DNA of 64,000 nt from Rhodosorus marinus CCMP1338 (Eukaryota; Plantae; Rhodophyta): positions 2,542,001-2,606,000 of the forward strand of contig JAMWBK010000004.1 of the NCBI GenBank assembly GCA_029953675.1, given 5' to 3'. The notes beneath the pieces were generated by a model. It did not search any database and was not told the DNA's origin. It worked only from the letters and a program-made list of their open reading frames with translations. The position numbers were made by a program, and so were the translations under genes. Shown here piece by piece: positions 1 through 11,794 of this stretch (position 1 is the first letter of the stretch; each line of letters begins with the position of its first letter).

Positions 1-423
1 CCTGACGTTTGGCCGTTCAAAAGAATTCTGGGCGCTGCGTCATGTGGGGTTGGGCATTGTGGTTACTGTCAGCGTGCAGTTCGGTAGAAACCACCCGAGG
101 AAGGGTGGTTCTTTTCCCGGGACAAAGATTTTAGGGGAAAGTAGGACGTTGTGCAGCTGTATAGGTGGTTGGGGGTTGGGAGGGGGATGACGAGCTGCGG
201 CTCAGCTATCTTCGGCTACAGCGTGAATCCGGTTCTAAAAATACTACGGGTTTTATAATATTAAAGATTTCCTCTATTGTTACAGCACCTTCCCGGGGTG
301 CAAATAAGTCATCACATATATGTTTTTCTTCATGATCATTCATCAGCCAACATCGCTTCCAGCCCGTGAATGGCGGCTGCCCCTTCCAATTCCTCCATTT
401 GTAGTATACACCATTCCACCATG

Positions 424-2070
424 CTACGCAATCTTCAGGGTAGGTGACTCGACTTGCTGTTGATCTTCATCGCTCAAGCTTATCTTGTCGAACAAGTCCA
501 CAAGGTTCTTCTTCTCCTCCTCCTTGAACCTTTTGTAGGTGAATCCAGCAAACTGTACATCACTCTCCTTCACTTTCCACGTCTCGAGCTCTTTGCGAAA
601 GCTTCCTCTCCTGCTCTGCATGGAGCATGAAGGAGAAGACAACGGTGAACAGCTCAAGTCCCTATCCTCCGAATTGGTGGAAAGCTGGGAACTACCCCTC
701 GTTGTTTCACAAAAGTCACGCTTTTGCCTGTCACTCTCTTCCTCTTCGGGCAAGTCGAAGTATTTCAAGTCGACTCTGGACGAGAGCTGTGGGACGAAAG
801 GTGGTTCTTCACCCAGAATAGTGTCCCAATTTATGTTCCTAAAGAACGGGTGCTTCTTAATCTCTTCAACTCCGCTGCTGCCCAGCCTTGAATTCCTCCC
901 ACATAAGAGCTTGATGATTAGGTCTCGAGCCTCGTCGCTAACTGCCATCTCCGACGGGAACGTCAAGTAGGTTTCCCAATTCAACACACGGTGGCACACA
1001 TCTTCAGGTGTGATGCTGCAGAAGGGTGGATGCCCGATGAGCATCTCATACAATACACATCCGACGGACCACCAGTCACAGTCTTCGCTATAAGCATCAC
1101 CAGCCAACACTTCAGGGGCAATGTAGTCGGGAGTTCCGACGGTTGAGAATTTTTGCCTCCGCGAGAGCTTCCTCCAAGCTCCGCGCCTCGTCCAATAGTC
1201 CTCTGCCTGGGGTAAGCTTGGCTCTAGTGCGAACGTTGCCCTTCTAACTGCCTTAGAGACTGCAGGTCGGCAAAGTCTTAGAGCTTTGCTCAGGCCGAAA
1301 TCCGCTAGCGCAAGATGCCCATCTTCGGCAAACAGAATGTTGTCGGGCTTCACATCTCTATGTATTATTCCGTGCTTGTGGAGACGTTCCACCGCGAGTA
1401 CAAGTTCCGCTCCAGTCCTTGCCACGAAGTCTTCAGACACGGTCTAAAGTAGCAGAAACAAAGAAGTTCTCAGTCAGCGTCTTCTTGCTAGCCAAAATGT
1501 GCATTTTTAAAAGAAATACCTTACCACTTCGCGGGATAGTAGGCCAAGCAGGTCTCCTCCTTGTAGAAACTCCATGACCATGTAAAGATTTTCTTCGTCC
1601 TGAAACGCAAAATGCAGGGAACACCCCGAATTCTGAAGAGCGACGAGTATTGAGCGTTCCAACCATACTCTCGACACTTGATCACGTCTCAACATTTCCC
1701 TCTTTGAGAGTTTCTTCATAGCATATATGCATCCATCACGAGCATACTGTACGAGACTAACTGTCCCAAAGGATCCGGTCCCAAGGGTTTGAAGTTCCTC
1801 AAAATCACTGAGGGACACGTTTTGCATTTGGGTAAATACTTTGCACACATCCTCTCGAGACCACAGCTTCCTAATCCTATCTTTCCCCTCTTCTGACAAT
1901 GGTATCCTCTCTTCCAGCTGTGCCTCTCTCTTCAACCTAACTTCTCCGCGTTCCTTGACATTGGCGAGGCACTTCTCAATCAATACCTTACCAAACTCTG
2001 CCTTGGCAAAGTTCTTTCCAGGTCGACGCTTCATGTTCACTGTCCCCCGATCTCTCTCCAACCAACCCAT
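424..2070 (-). CDS. NDR/LATS/Cbk1-family AGC serine/threonine kinase (2 exons; intron about 1444-1524)
   Basis: Seen: GTGSFGTV, YAMKKL, HRDVKPDN, DFG, a long insert ending RRQKFSTVGTPDYIAPE, DWWSVG and C-terminal FAGFTYKRF. A GTAAG...TTTAG intron joins ORF 1507-2097 to ORF 424-1440 in frame. The activation-segment insert plus this hydrophobic motif are NDR hallmarks. Start codon (2070) uncertain. Confidence 0.92.
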
Positions 2071-3091
2071 GTTTCTTCTAATCAAAGCAGCCAACACCTC
2101 TTATAAACTCAAAAAACGAAACCGCGATTTCATGTCCCTGTCCCAAAAACTCAGCACCAACCCAACGCCTGAGGCAATCCGCATCCACACCTACCTCCAC
2201 TTGCCTATCCTGACAACATCGGCGACCTGAAAGAGAATCTTTGTGCGCACCTCATTCCCTCTTTAACCTCTACTTCAACGCTCTTCCATTCTGCCTTGCC
2301 AACACTTCCCACATCCCAAGCTGCCCAAACCAAGTCCATATAACCCTCTACCACCAACAGCCGGCTCGATATAGCTTCAACTGCACAACGTAAACCGAAA
2401 GAAAAATTCAATTTTTATCTCCAACATTTCCGTTCAGGCGCAGAAAAAAAAACAAACAAAAAAACAACACCACACACAGAAAAAAGCGAAGAAAAAAATT
2501 CTACACCCCCCCTCCTTTCCTGCTCTATAGAATTTCGAACAGATTAACCATAATTTTCTAAATTAATTCTAATACAATATATCACATTGTTTTTGAACCC
2601 CCCTGTTGAACTCGTATCTAAGAATCCCTCGCTGAGGTAAAAGAGACCACCAGCCCTTGAAAAAGAAAACTTTTTCAATTTAAACAGCAATGATTAAACG
2701 AATCGACTTTTTTTTATTAACCGTTTTTGCTTGAAGAAATTTCTCTTGCATTCCATTTTTCTTACCTCTCGACTTTGAGCGGGTTTATTTTAGTAAGTTT
2801 CTTGAAACGCCTTTGTTTTTTAAAAAAGAAGGAAGAAGAGAGTGGTCTGCTGTCAGTCAACTCAAAAAACAGGGTATTTATAAATGGAAAATCTTTGGGG
2901 TGCTTCTTTTTTTCTTTTTTTTCCGAACTGTTTTTGATTGATCAAGAGCAGTCGTCACTAGTAATTTTTTCTTCTCGAAAACTGAACACGAACCCCTTCC
3001 CCACCAACCCAAACCAAATATTCTTCTTCTTTTGCCTGTTTGGTTTTTTTTTTAGCTAGCCTGGGGTGGTAGTCAGAAGCCCTACCCCTAA

Positions 3092-3151
3092 CCCTCCCTC
3101 CCGTCCTCCCTCCCTCCCTCCCTCCCTCCCTCCCTCCCTCCCTCCTTCCTC
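3092..3151. repeat. (CCCT)n microsatellite / G-quadruplex-prone tract on the minus strand
   Basis: About 14 near-perfect CCCT units are directly visible. Confidence 0.9.
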
Positions 3152-6100
3152 GCCGCTACTGAACAAAACGACCATATGTGTCACAGTTTTTTCTGATATT
3201 TGTGAAGATTAATCGCGCTTGCTGTCGCAATGAAGGGGTGGGCGAAGGGGATATTTCTCGTAAGGAGAAACATTAGCTGCTCTGTTTAGGGGTTAGCGTT
3301 TTCATCGACCGTTCTCGTTGGCGGAATTTGAATTTTGGAAATTATTTGGAATTTTATTACGGGATTGGGCGGAGGAAAACCATCCCATCTCCAATCGACA
3401 ATAGATTTCCAGCTGAAACGTTATAATCCTAGAGCGTCTCGCCGGACTCTGGATGTCCCGCTTCCCCCCCCCCTTGGAGTTGCTTCTTCTGCATGGATCG
3501 GCAGAGCTCAATGAGGTTCTCCTTAGATCCGGGCGACTAGTGTGTGGTTGTTTGGTCGGTAGGTTTATCGGTCGGTAGGTTGGTCGTTGTAGGGCATGAC
3601 TTTTTTCCCCCTTTTTTGCCATCGGGTGCGTGCAGATGCTGTGTAAGAAACAAGAAGTTGGGCCAGGATGCAGGAGTGAGTCATCAAGAAATTGACCCTC
3701 CCTCATATAGACCAACCCAGCATTAGGATTGCGTTAGTACCACGCTGGCGGCGGTTCGTTCACTGCCAATCATCGGGATCTCCGCGAGTTGTGTAGCAGG
3801 AAACTAAGAAAGACTATTTCCCGTGGCAAACAAGAAATTGCTGATTCCCACTAATTCGCGTCAACATGAACTAACTGCGGCGCCTTGATGAGGAGCACAT
3901 GCCGGCCCCACTGGCAGGCTGTTCCTCGCAAGTTCATGAGACGCAGCTGGAGGAGTCTGCGTTCTCGTCCTCGGAGGAAGTCAGTCTTCCGTGTCCTCGG
4001 AGACATTCTTCTGCCTCGCCACTCGGGCGATCCAAGCAGTTTAGTCCAAATTCTACCCCTTCCGGACGAAGGCTGCCCCCTGGACTACTTCAGTTAGGAT
4101 GGGGACGTCACGGCTGCTAGCTTCTTCAAAACAAACAATCCATCCTCTCCCCCCCCCACCCGGATGGATAAAGCGACTTCACTGCGTAAGCCGTGTTTTT
4201 CTGGACTCTAATTCACGTGAGAAGGAGCAATCAACAAAAGATCATATTTCTTAGAAAAATTAGGTGTAGGATGACCACTTATGCCCTAACCCCGAGCGAG
4301 CAACACGTAGAGCAGGAACGCTTTCACAGAAATATTCGATTCAACATCATCATAATTATTCATCCGGATTTCCGTTGCTCTAGAATTCTTTCCTTTTCAT
4401 GGACTTCCTGTTTTTTCTTCGCAAAAATGCTCGCATACCTGTGTAGTGCTATTCCCCCTCTTCCCAGGAAACATCGTGCAAACTTAATCTCAAGACTATT
4501 TACCCCCCCCCCGGTTGACGGTTTTAGGGTGATTTTATTGGTGTCCTATGTGACGATGTAGGTTGGAAAAAGATTGGACATTTGCGGAATTTTTGTTGAA
4601 ATACGTATTAAAAAGGAAAAATTCACGAAATAATGGGTCCCCTTATCCGTACAATTAACTTGCCCAATGAGGAAAATCCGTCTTTTCTACTATAAATTTA
4701 TCCTAAACTACCACCTTTCGTCTTAGTGTTGAGTTTTTTCAAATTAATCATTTTAAAATAGGCCATGTACCTAAAGTTTAGGCGTTTTACGTGCCATCTA
4801 AAAATGCTTCTGGGTACATTTTATATTCTATTCGCTTCCGACTAGGGGTCCCCAATAAAATCCACACGGAACTTGCAGCGACGATAGGGGTAGCCGAACA
4901 TCAGCTATCGTCGTTCAGCAACATCATTACCTGTCGCTAGGCGCGCAAAATAGTCTTTTTGAGGTCGAATTGCGTGATGGTTATACTCAATTAACTATTT
5001 TTCAGTGTTTTCACCAAACCAGCTTTGGTTTCCTAACGGCCTTTCGTGGCTGTTAGGTTCTTTCCGACCTCGTCAGCATGTTTTTGAAATTCCGAAGTTT
5101 TTTCTCCCTCTGGCAGAGAGAGAGGGAGAAGGGTCCGGTGGTCGCAATCTAAACTTGGAGCTTCAGTGACGTTTCCACAAAAAAAAAATTTCCGCGAAAT
5201 ATTTATTCGTCCAGTCCCACTTACATGGGTTAAAGCGGCAACATGTTCTCTGCCAAAAACTATTCCTAAAACGACTTCTTGCAGGGAGATTGGAATTTGT
5301 ACAATAGTGTCATTATTTTCAGTTATTTTAGTCTGTTTGCTATGCGTACTATTCAACATGATGAAAAATATACTTAACAATACTATTTTTCTTTTTAATC
5401 GCAAGAGGAACGCGAGAGGGGGGGGAACGGGCGAACCGGATAGAGGGAAAGAAAAGGGGGAGGGGGGGTGGAGAAATCGACAGGAAAAATGGGACAGCAT
5501 AACATTGGCAGGCGAGCAATTCTGGTTTTTTGGAAGAAACACATCAGAGGATCCCTATTCGTGGATTCCTTGTATTTGGGTCATCCGCTTTTTTTTTAAT
5601 TGAAGAAATACATATTCCGTTATAGTATGGACCAATGATCATCCCTCAACAACTTATGGGCAGTGAGGATTTTGCGGATTTTGTGGGATTTTGGCCAGGA
5701 GTAGGGAATTGAAATCGGAGCATGTGCGACAGCTCTGACAAAAGTTGAACTTGACACGGCAAGAAAAATTAGCAATCATCATCTTTCTTTGTTGTTGAAA
5801 GACACGAAATACGACAACGAAAACATGTGCCTATATCCACGTTCTCTCAGGGAGGAGAGCTGATCAAAGCGATGAAACACCCTCTCAGTCTAGGGGCTCT
5901 CATCCAACAGACTCAAAGTTCTTATAGGAAATGCACAGCTAACCCCCAACTTGCATCTATTGCAAACGCTGTGAAACATCCTGTGCACGAGCTTTTCCCA
6001 GACAAGCGCAGTAAAAGGTCAGCCGGGGCAGCAAGTGAGGACCACCGGAGAACGAAAATTGCTGCCTACACCTGGCGTAGGTTGCGCCCCCAAGAGATCG

Positions 6101-6847
6101 TGATAACGTTACGACCTGGGTTAGCCCCAATGACGCGGGGTGGTAAAAGAAGCAGGAATGTACGTCCCTCAGGTTGTCAGGTAGGTGCACAATGCGACAC
6201 CTTGGAAAAGAATCTGTGATGTAATTTTTTGTAGTGTTGATTGTACAAATAGATGCCCTGATCAGAGAAGTAATCAGTATTTTTAGATCCTTGGCCTGGG
6301 TAGGAGTACCAGACCTGTCGCATCCACAGCACAAAGAACATTGTCGAGGGCTTCACACCAAATCCCGGCACAGACAACAAGCCATGCTCGCTGTTGCGAT
6401 GTAGAGCTCCGGTTGACCTTCCTGCACTTTTTGATGCCTAGCCAGGCGATAGACTCGAACATTGCCAGTTACTGTGTAACCGCCCAAATGGGTTGTTTCT
6501 TCTGGGCAATGTTTTGCAGTCAGGTTCGAACACATCCGCCTCAATCAAGTTGCATGGAACTACCGATTTTACGCAACTTCACGCCTAAAGAAGAGCAAAG
6601 TATCCAAACCGGTTATGGATTATGTTTTGACAAGAACTAGTAGCGTAAATTCTTCAATTTTAGAATTTTTTTTATTTCCGCTCAATCCAAAGCAACAGTT
6701 CCTTTAATTACTACAGGATTTCGATATGGGAGTTGACAAGTATTTTTGTCAAGTTTAAGGGCATGTCTGCCATTTCATTTTTTTCCGGATACTGGAAAAC
6801 GATTATTTTTAACCATTCTTTTTTTCTTGAAAAGAGCGGAATTGAGA

Positions 6848-7700
6848 ATGGGAATTTTAAGACGGCATAGGATTGGGGTTTGGCTGTCCTCAACGCTTGG
6901 AAGCAGGTGCGGAATACTCAGGAGACGGGATTTCTCCAGTCCTCCCACTGAGAATCCGCCTTAGACATTCAGTCCTCCCAACAAAAAGCCTCTACGTGCC
7001 GTCTGGGCGCGTTGATTCCCCGGGGTGCCCCTCGAGGATGTTCCTCTGAAATCCGGGCAAGCGTGGGTTGACAAGATCGACCCCTCAGAACGAGAGCAAC
7101 GGAACTGGATCCATGTCGAGTAAGTTGTGATAAGGAGCCTTTTGCATCTGTCCATTATTCCAACTGTTTGGAGGGGGCTTGGACTAGAATCCGAAAGCGT
7201 GTGTTGGGATTCGTTTTTCTGATTTCGAGACAAGTTTCTCGGACATTTACGTAGGGGTTCGCGCACTGTTGAATTTTCCGATTATTTTCTTAGCGCTCTG
7301 TCTTGAATTTTTGTGGACCCACCCGTACACAACAAATTGTGATTTATTCAGCTGTTCGCAAGTATTCGCGGGGGTCTTAAATTAACGTTTAGACTGGAGA
7401 ACCACGAGAATGCGACCAGGGAAGGCTTGATTTCGCTTGTAGTGGAGTTCCTGTACAACTAGTTGTTCTAGAGCTTGTTTTGTCTCGCAGGTCATACGAA
7501 CAAGATTTCACAGTAAAAACACAAGCTCCATGAACCCAACAGGCTTCGGGACCCGAATATTAAAAAACAATTCCCGGATTCAGCGATATTGGGAGTCCCG
7601 TGAAAGGTTCTAGCCCTCAATGTCTCCCAGCGATTAAAACCCTGCTGGCCGTATGATACAGAATAGGGGTTTTGCGGACAATCCTTGCGTTCAACCGCGA
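6848..7700 (+). CDS. Possible multi-exon hypothetical protein (unresolved model)
   Basis: Arg/Ser-rich start MGILRRHRIGVWLSSTLGSR and an exon-like segment DVPLKSGQAWVDKIDPSEREQRNWIHVE followed by a GTAAGT donor near 7109. No family recognised and the exon chain could not be closed confidently. Confidence 0.2.
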
Positions 7701-7717
7701 CACTGTTGAAGACTCGA

Positions 7718-8606
7718 CTACTGGACTGTCTTGCTTTTGATACCCGCTCTGTTGTCAGCTTCTCCTCAAGGCGTTGCACTTCTGACTTTTACGGGATTGC
7801 TCTTATCGCTGGTATCTCTGCATCCTCTCTCATTTTCATTATGAAACTCTTGAGTCTCTCCCGTATCTGCTCATTAGTTCTCATATACAAATTCCTCACC
7901 AAGTCGCCCAACTCATATGCCTCCGCCTCAATGATTCTGGTCGTCATAATCGCAATGGGGCTCTGAAGTACTAGCGAGGAACTTTGACTCACGTCCTTAC
8001 CGCCAACACCGTTCCGGAGACCCATACCTCTCAAGGAACTCAGCGATTCAAATCCAACTGGTCCCAGGGGTGGCAATTCTCGCACACTCTGAACCTTCGG
8101 AGGCGTTTGATCAGGCCAACTGTGTCCGGTGTGGTACGGATTCGCTCGAACAGCGTACCAGCCTTTTCTCAAGTTTTCATCCGGAAGCTTTCCGAAGACC
8201 CTAATGAGGAACGCCCTCTTGCTAGGCACGCTGTTCATCGACTTCATGTATTCGGAGGTGAAATAACGTAGCTGCAAAAGAAACACCAGCATTCAGCAAA
8301 GCGCGTTAGAAGATTGTATTTGGCAGCCCTTTTTCGTACCTCAAGGAGACAGTTGCAGTTGCACCTGCCTCTGCGCTTGTATTTGCGCGGACCCTTTGGA
8401 GGGTCCTTCTGCTTTCCCAATCGAAGAGAGTACTTGCACACATAGACCAGTCGTCCAGTGCTTGAGCTTCGAAGTACTAAAGTCCCCCTATCCTTCACCG
8501 CTGATACCACTTTTCCCTTTTCCGGATCCACGTACTGACCTGCAGCGTACCCACACATGAAAGTCAGACAAACAGCCCAGAACGCGACGTGGATTTCGCG
8601 GTTCAT
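7718..8606 (-). CDS. Hypothetical secreted or membrane protein, multi-exon, no recognised domain
   Basis: Hydrophobic N-terminus (MNREIHVAFWAVCLTFMCGYAAG). GTACG...GCAG intron links ORF 8244-8654 to ORF 7789-8292. A/C-rich plus strand at 8700-8900 fits a minus-strand leader. The 3' end assumes a 44-nt intron and is tentative. Confidence 0.5.
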
Positions 8607-10034
8607 ACCTGATTCCCAGAAACCTTTCTCCACCCATCTCTCACCCATTTCCATCTCGCGTTACATCCCTCGCATTTAATGTCGTCCGTAAAGACCGAAA
8701 CCCAGGACGGCACACCGTAGTCCTCCTATGCACGGTCAATCCAAGAACTGCTCTAAAACACTGATCCACAGAAACCACCACCCTCCCTGCTCTCCATCAA
8801 GTAGCTCCGAAAACCAGCACACGTTGCTCAATAAAAACCCTAGCTCCTCATCCCATGCTGCTCCAAGAATCCCGCTTACACACCAAGAACAAACAAACTG
8901 TGGTGAGTTTTTTTTTTTTTTTGTCCTTGATCGTATAATGACACCGGAACACGCACCACCATTTCAGAACAATACTAACAAAACGTATAACTTTTGAAAT
9001 ATATTATTTCCCATATAAACAAAAACTATCAAAAAAGAAGATATACTGTCCCACACTTCGTGGGACAAAAGGACCAAGGATTTCCAATTCGATTTGCAGC
9101 CCAGGGGGTTACGGACCCACACAACGGTATTGCTGCAATTTGCTTTTCACCCCTTCCCCCTCCCGCTGATCAAGATATTTAATTTCCGATAATAATGTTT
9201 ATGTAAGAAATTGGGATTCGTTGTATTCTTTTTAGATTTATTTTATATTTTTTGCCTGATAGTTAGGGTGGGTTTCATTCTTGTGTCTTGATTCGTTGTT
9301 GAATACTCAACCGCACAATATTTATTGTAATATTGGAGATGAGTCTTTCTTTCTTTTTTCGACAAAGATGATATATGAATTCTTATATAAAAAATAAGAT
9401 AAGAAAATTGTAAAATAAAATAGGGATTTGTAAAATACATTAATAAAATCGAAAAAAGGCCGTTAGCGTGTTTTTCTTTTTGGGGTGAGCTTATCTCGAT
9501 TTTTAAAAACAAATTAAGAAAAGTGGACTTGTGTGTTCGGAGGGATCTTTTTTTGGTTTTTTGTATGTTTTTTTGTTTTCTGTTTTGCTTTTGGGTTTTT
9601 GTGGGGAAAAGGGGGGGGGGTAGTTGGTATACTTTTTTTTTGTTTTGATGAATGATTGGTTTTTTTTTTGTTCTGGTGTTGTTGTGATTGTGTAAGAATT
9701 GTGCCCAAAGGAGGAGGTTTAGCTGATTGGGCGTCTCTGTGAGTATTGAGCTGAGATACTTTTTTTGTGGTTTGAGAGTGCTATTTGGATGGGTGGATGC
9801 TCGGCGAAAATGCCAGTTGAATATGCTGGTTTTTGTTGTTTTTGGAGGGGGAGGGTGGGAGTGGTGGTGAAAATGGTTTCTGGGCTATGAAGAGTAATTG
9901 GAATCGCGCACCAGCTGTTTGTCTCAACTATTTCGTCCATCTTCAGCTGGATGTTGTGGGGATAAGCCTTCCCTCGCCCTGATAGCTTTTGAGGGTACGT
10001 ATTGAGTCTGGTTTCTGTGTTCAGTCCGTTTCGT

Positions 10035-10616
10035 TCACACACGAAAGTCATTCAGAAACGTTTCTTTCTTTACCATATGGCGCTCGCTGAGCATGAATCC
10101 GTGTTCGAACGCGAATGCTAAAGTGGCAAACAGTCCTCGGCGAGTAAATATCTCAGATACCTCCTGGCTCTGAATATGCGGTTGAACCATATCAAGGTAT
10201 TTTGGACCTGGTGGGGATGATTTCGATGACTTAACATAGTGATTGGGCCATTCGCTTCTTTTACACGTGTTGTGGTTGTCCCCTTCCGCGTGGGACAAGG
10301 CAGGCAGCTCCCGTCCAGAGGTTCAGCCTTCCATCAGAATCGGGATATCTTCTTTTTTATGCGATATTGACCCGCACAGAAGTGTATCGGCAACGGATCT
10401 GCTGCTTGACGGAGACACACGCGAACATAGATTTTCGGGTTGAGGACATAGCGGGGACCCAGAAGCCACAACTGGTAGAGACCAGTCAGAACAGTATTTC
10501 ACCTTCGTCAGCAAATTGGTCAAAATCCAAAACGTCTTTATCTCTCACCACTTCGAAATATAGCACTGTTCAAGTTTGGTTTATTCAGTGGCTGAGCTCC
10601 TTCTGAGGGTGCCATG
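10035..10616 (-). CDS. Possible Ser-rich hypothetical protein or pseudogene (in-frame TGA at 10323-10325)
   Basis: G-rich minus-strand leader at 10660-10690, ATG (MAPSEG), GTGAG...CCAG intron. ORFs 10323-10523 and 10035-10298 share one frame and are separated by a single TGA. No family recognised. Confidence 0.2.
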
Positions 10617-11794
10617 GTTTCTGCAGAAGATCATACTGGCGCATAGTAGGGACCAGAAACCCCCACCCCCCCTTCCCCCCCACCCCCTTGTGTCCGGCGT
10701 GTACGATGTCCCGGAGCCGCCTAACGATTCCATTCTCGATACTAATTGATACGGAAATAGCGCAACATATGTTCCCCTCTTTTCGTATCAAATAATACTA
10801 TGATGATCGTACTCAACCGGCGTATCTGAGAATCGTTTATTGGTTAAAGGCGGATCATTGTAGCCAATTATGGAGTTGACGTTTTTTTTTCGGGACGATG
10901 ATTATGTTGAATTGCTTATTGATAGAGAAATACTATTATTGTCCGGAATGGAAGTGTTGGTCGTTCGTTCGGATTTTTGCATGTACGGCGACTTGCGCTA
11001 ACACCTCGGTGCAATTCTTGAATTGGCTGCGGACAGATCTTTCGCATCCAGTTGTTGGGACGGGAATCGTCTATGCTAAAAGCTTATGGAGGGTGGGAAG
11101 TGGAAGTCGAAACGTGCGCACAGAGCGCCTCGTCGGCTTGAATTGTAATCTGCTCACTATGCCAAGCTTCATTGCAGACGAAAAGGTCGTCTACCTCCCG
11201 TCTCCATTCTCACCCACGGAGAAAAGACTTAAAACGGAGAATACAATGTGCACGGGTTTTGCAGATGTATTTTTTTATATAAAAATTGCGGGCGTTACGT
11301 TAGTCGGGGGCTCGCGAAAAGCTTTTTTCTTGTCCGTCTAGTGCACACCTGGGAAAACACACTGGTCACATCATTACAGCATGACCTAGACCGGACGCTT
11401 CCGTGCGTGATCCCCGGGTGCCGCTCTCCGCCATTTCGGGTAAGTAAGCACCAGAATATCCTCAATCTCGATGGCAGTTGTCGCACAGGAAGCTGAACGG
11501 ATTCCAAAGCTCCGAAGTAACTCAGATCCGAAAAGACTCTTTTTACATCGGTACTAATTTGCTGTCTCCTATGAAAGGGATTATGTACTGGACTGCTTGA
11601 AAGCTTGAAGCACAAGGGATACGCGTGAACGATTTTCCGCCAAAAGGGCGATTTCCATGCTTCCCTTCAGCCGGCTTGTACCCCAGCTTGTCCACTATCA
11701 AGTTCCAAACCCGGAATATAAATAAATTATGGCATTCATAGCCCCGCCCCGGCGAAACCCCGGAATACCTGCAGGCAACGATTACAACCCGTGA

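Noticed and set aside
539-970. Antisense shadow ORFs over real genes (also 1841-2230, 40802-41317, 41307-42077, 59586-60106 and others)
   Set aside because: They lie opposite well-supported coding exons and carry no motifs.
4877-4915. Intergenic 11-bp inverted repeat and a 16-17-nt look-alike at 204-219
   Set aside because: Too short to separate from chance; no TIR/TSD structure to call a MITE.
6177-6380. YKKLHHRF resembling a desaturase/sterol oxidase His box
   Set aside because: Only one His box, no other family motifs, and the frame is closed by stops on both sides.
7780-7791. In-frame TAA between ORFs 7789-8292 and 7492-7779 suggesting readthrough
   Set aside because: A 44-nt GTAAAA...CTGACAACAG intron with a branch-like site explains the stop more simply.
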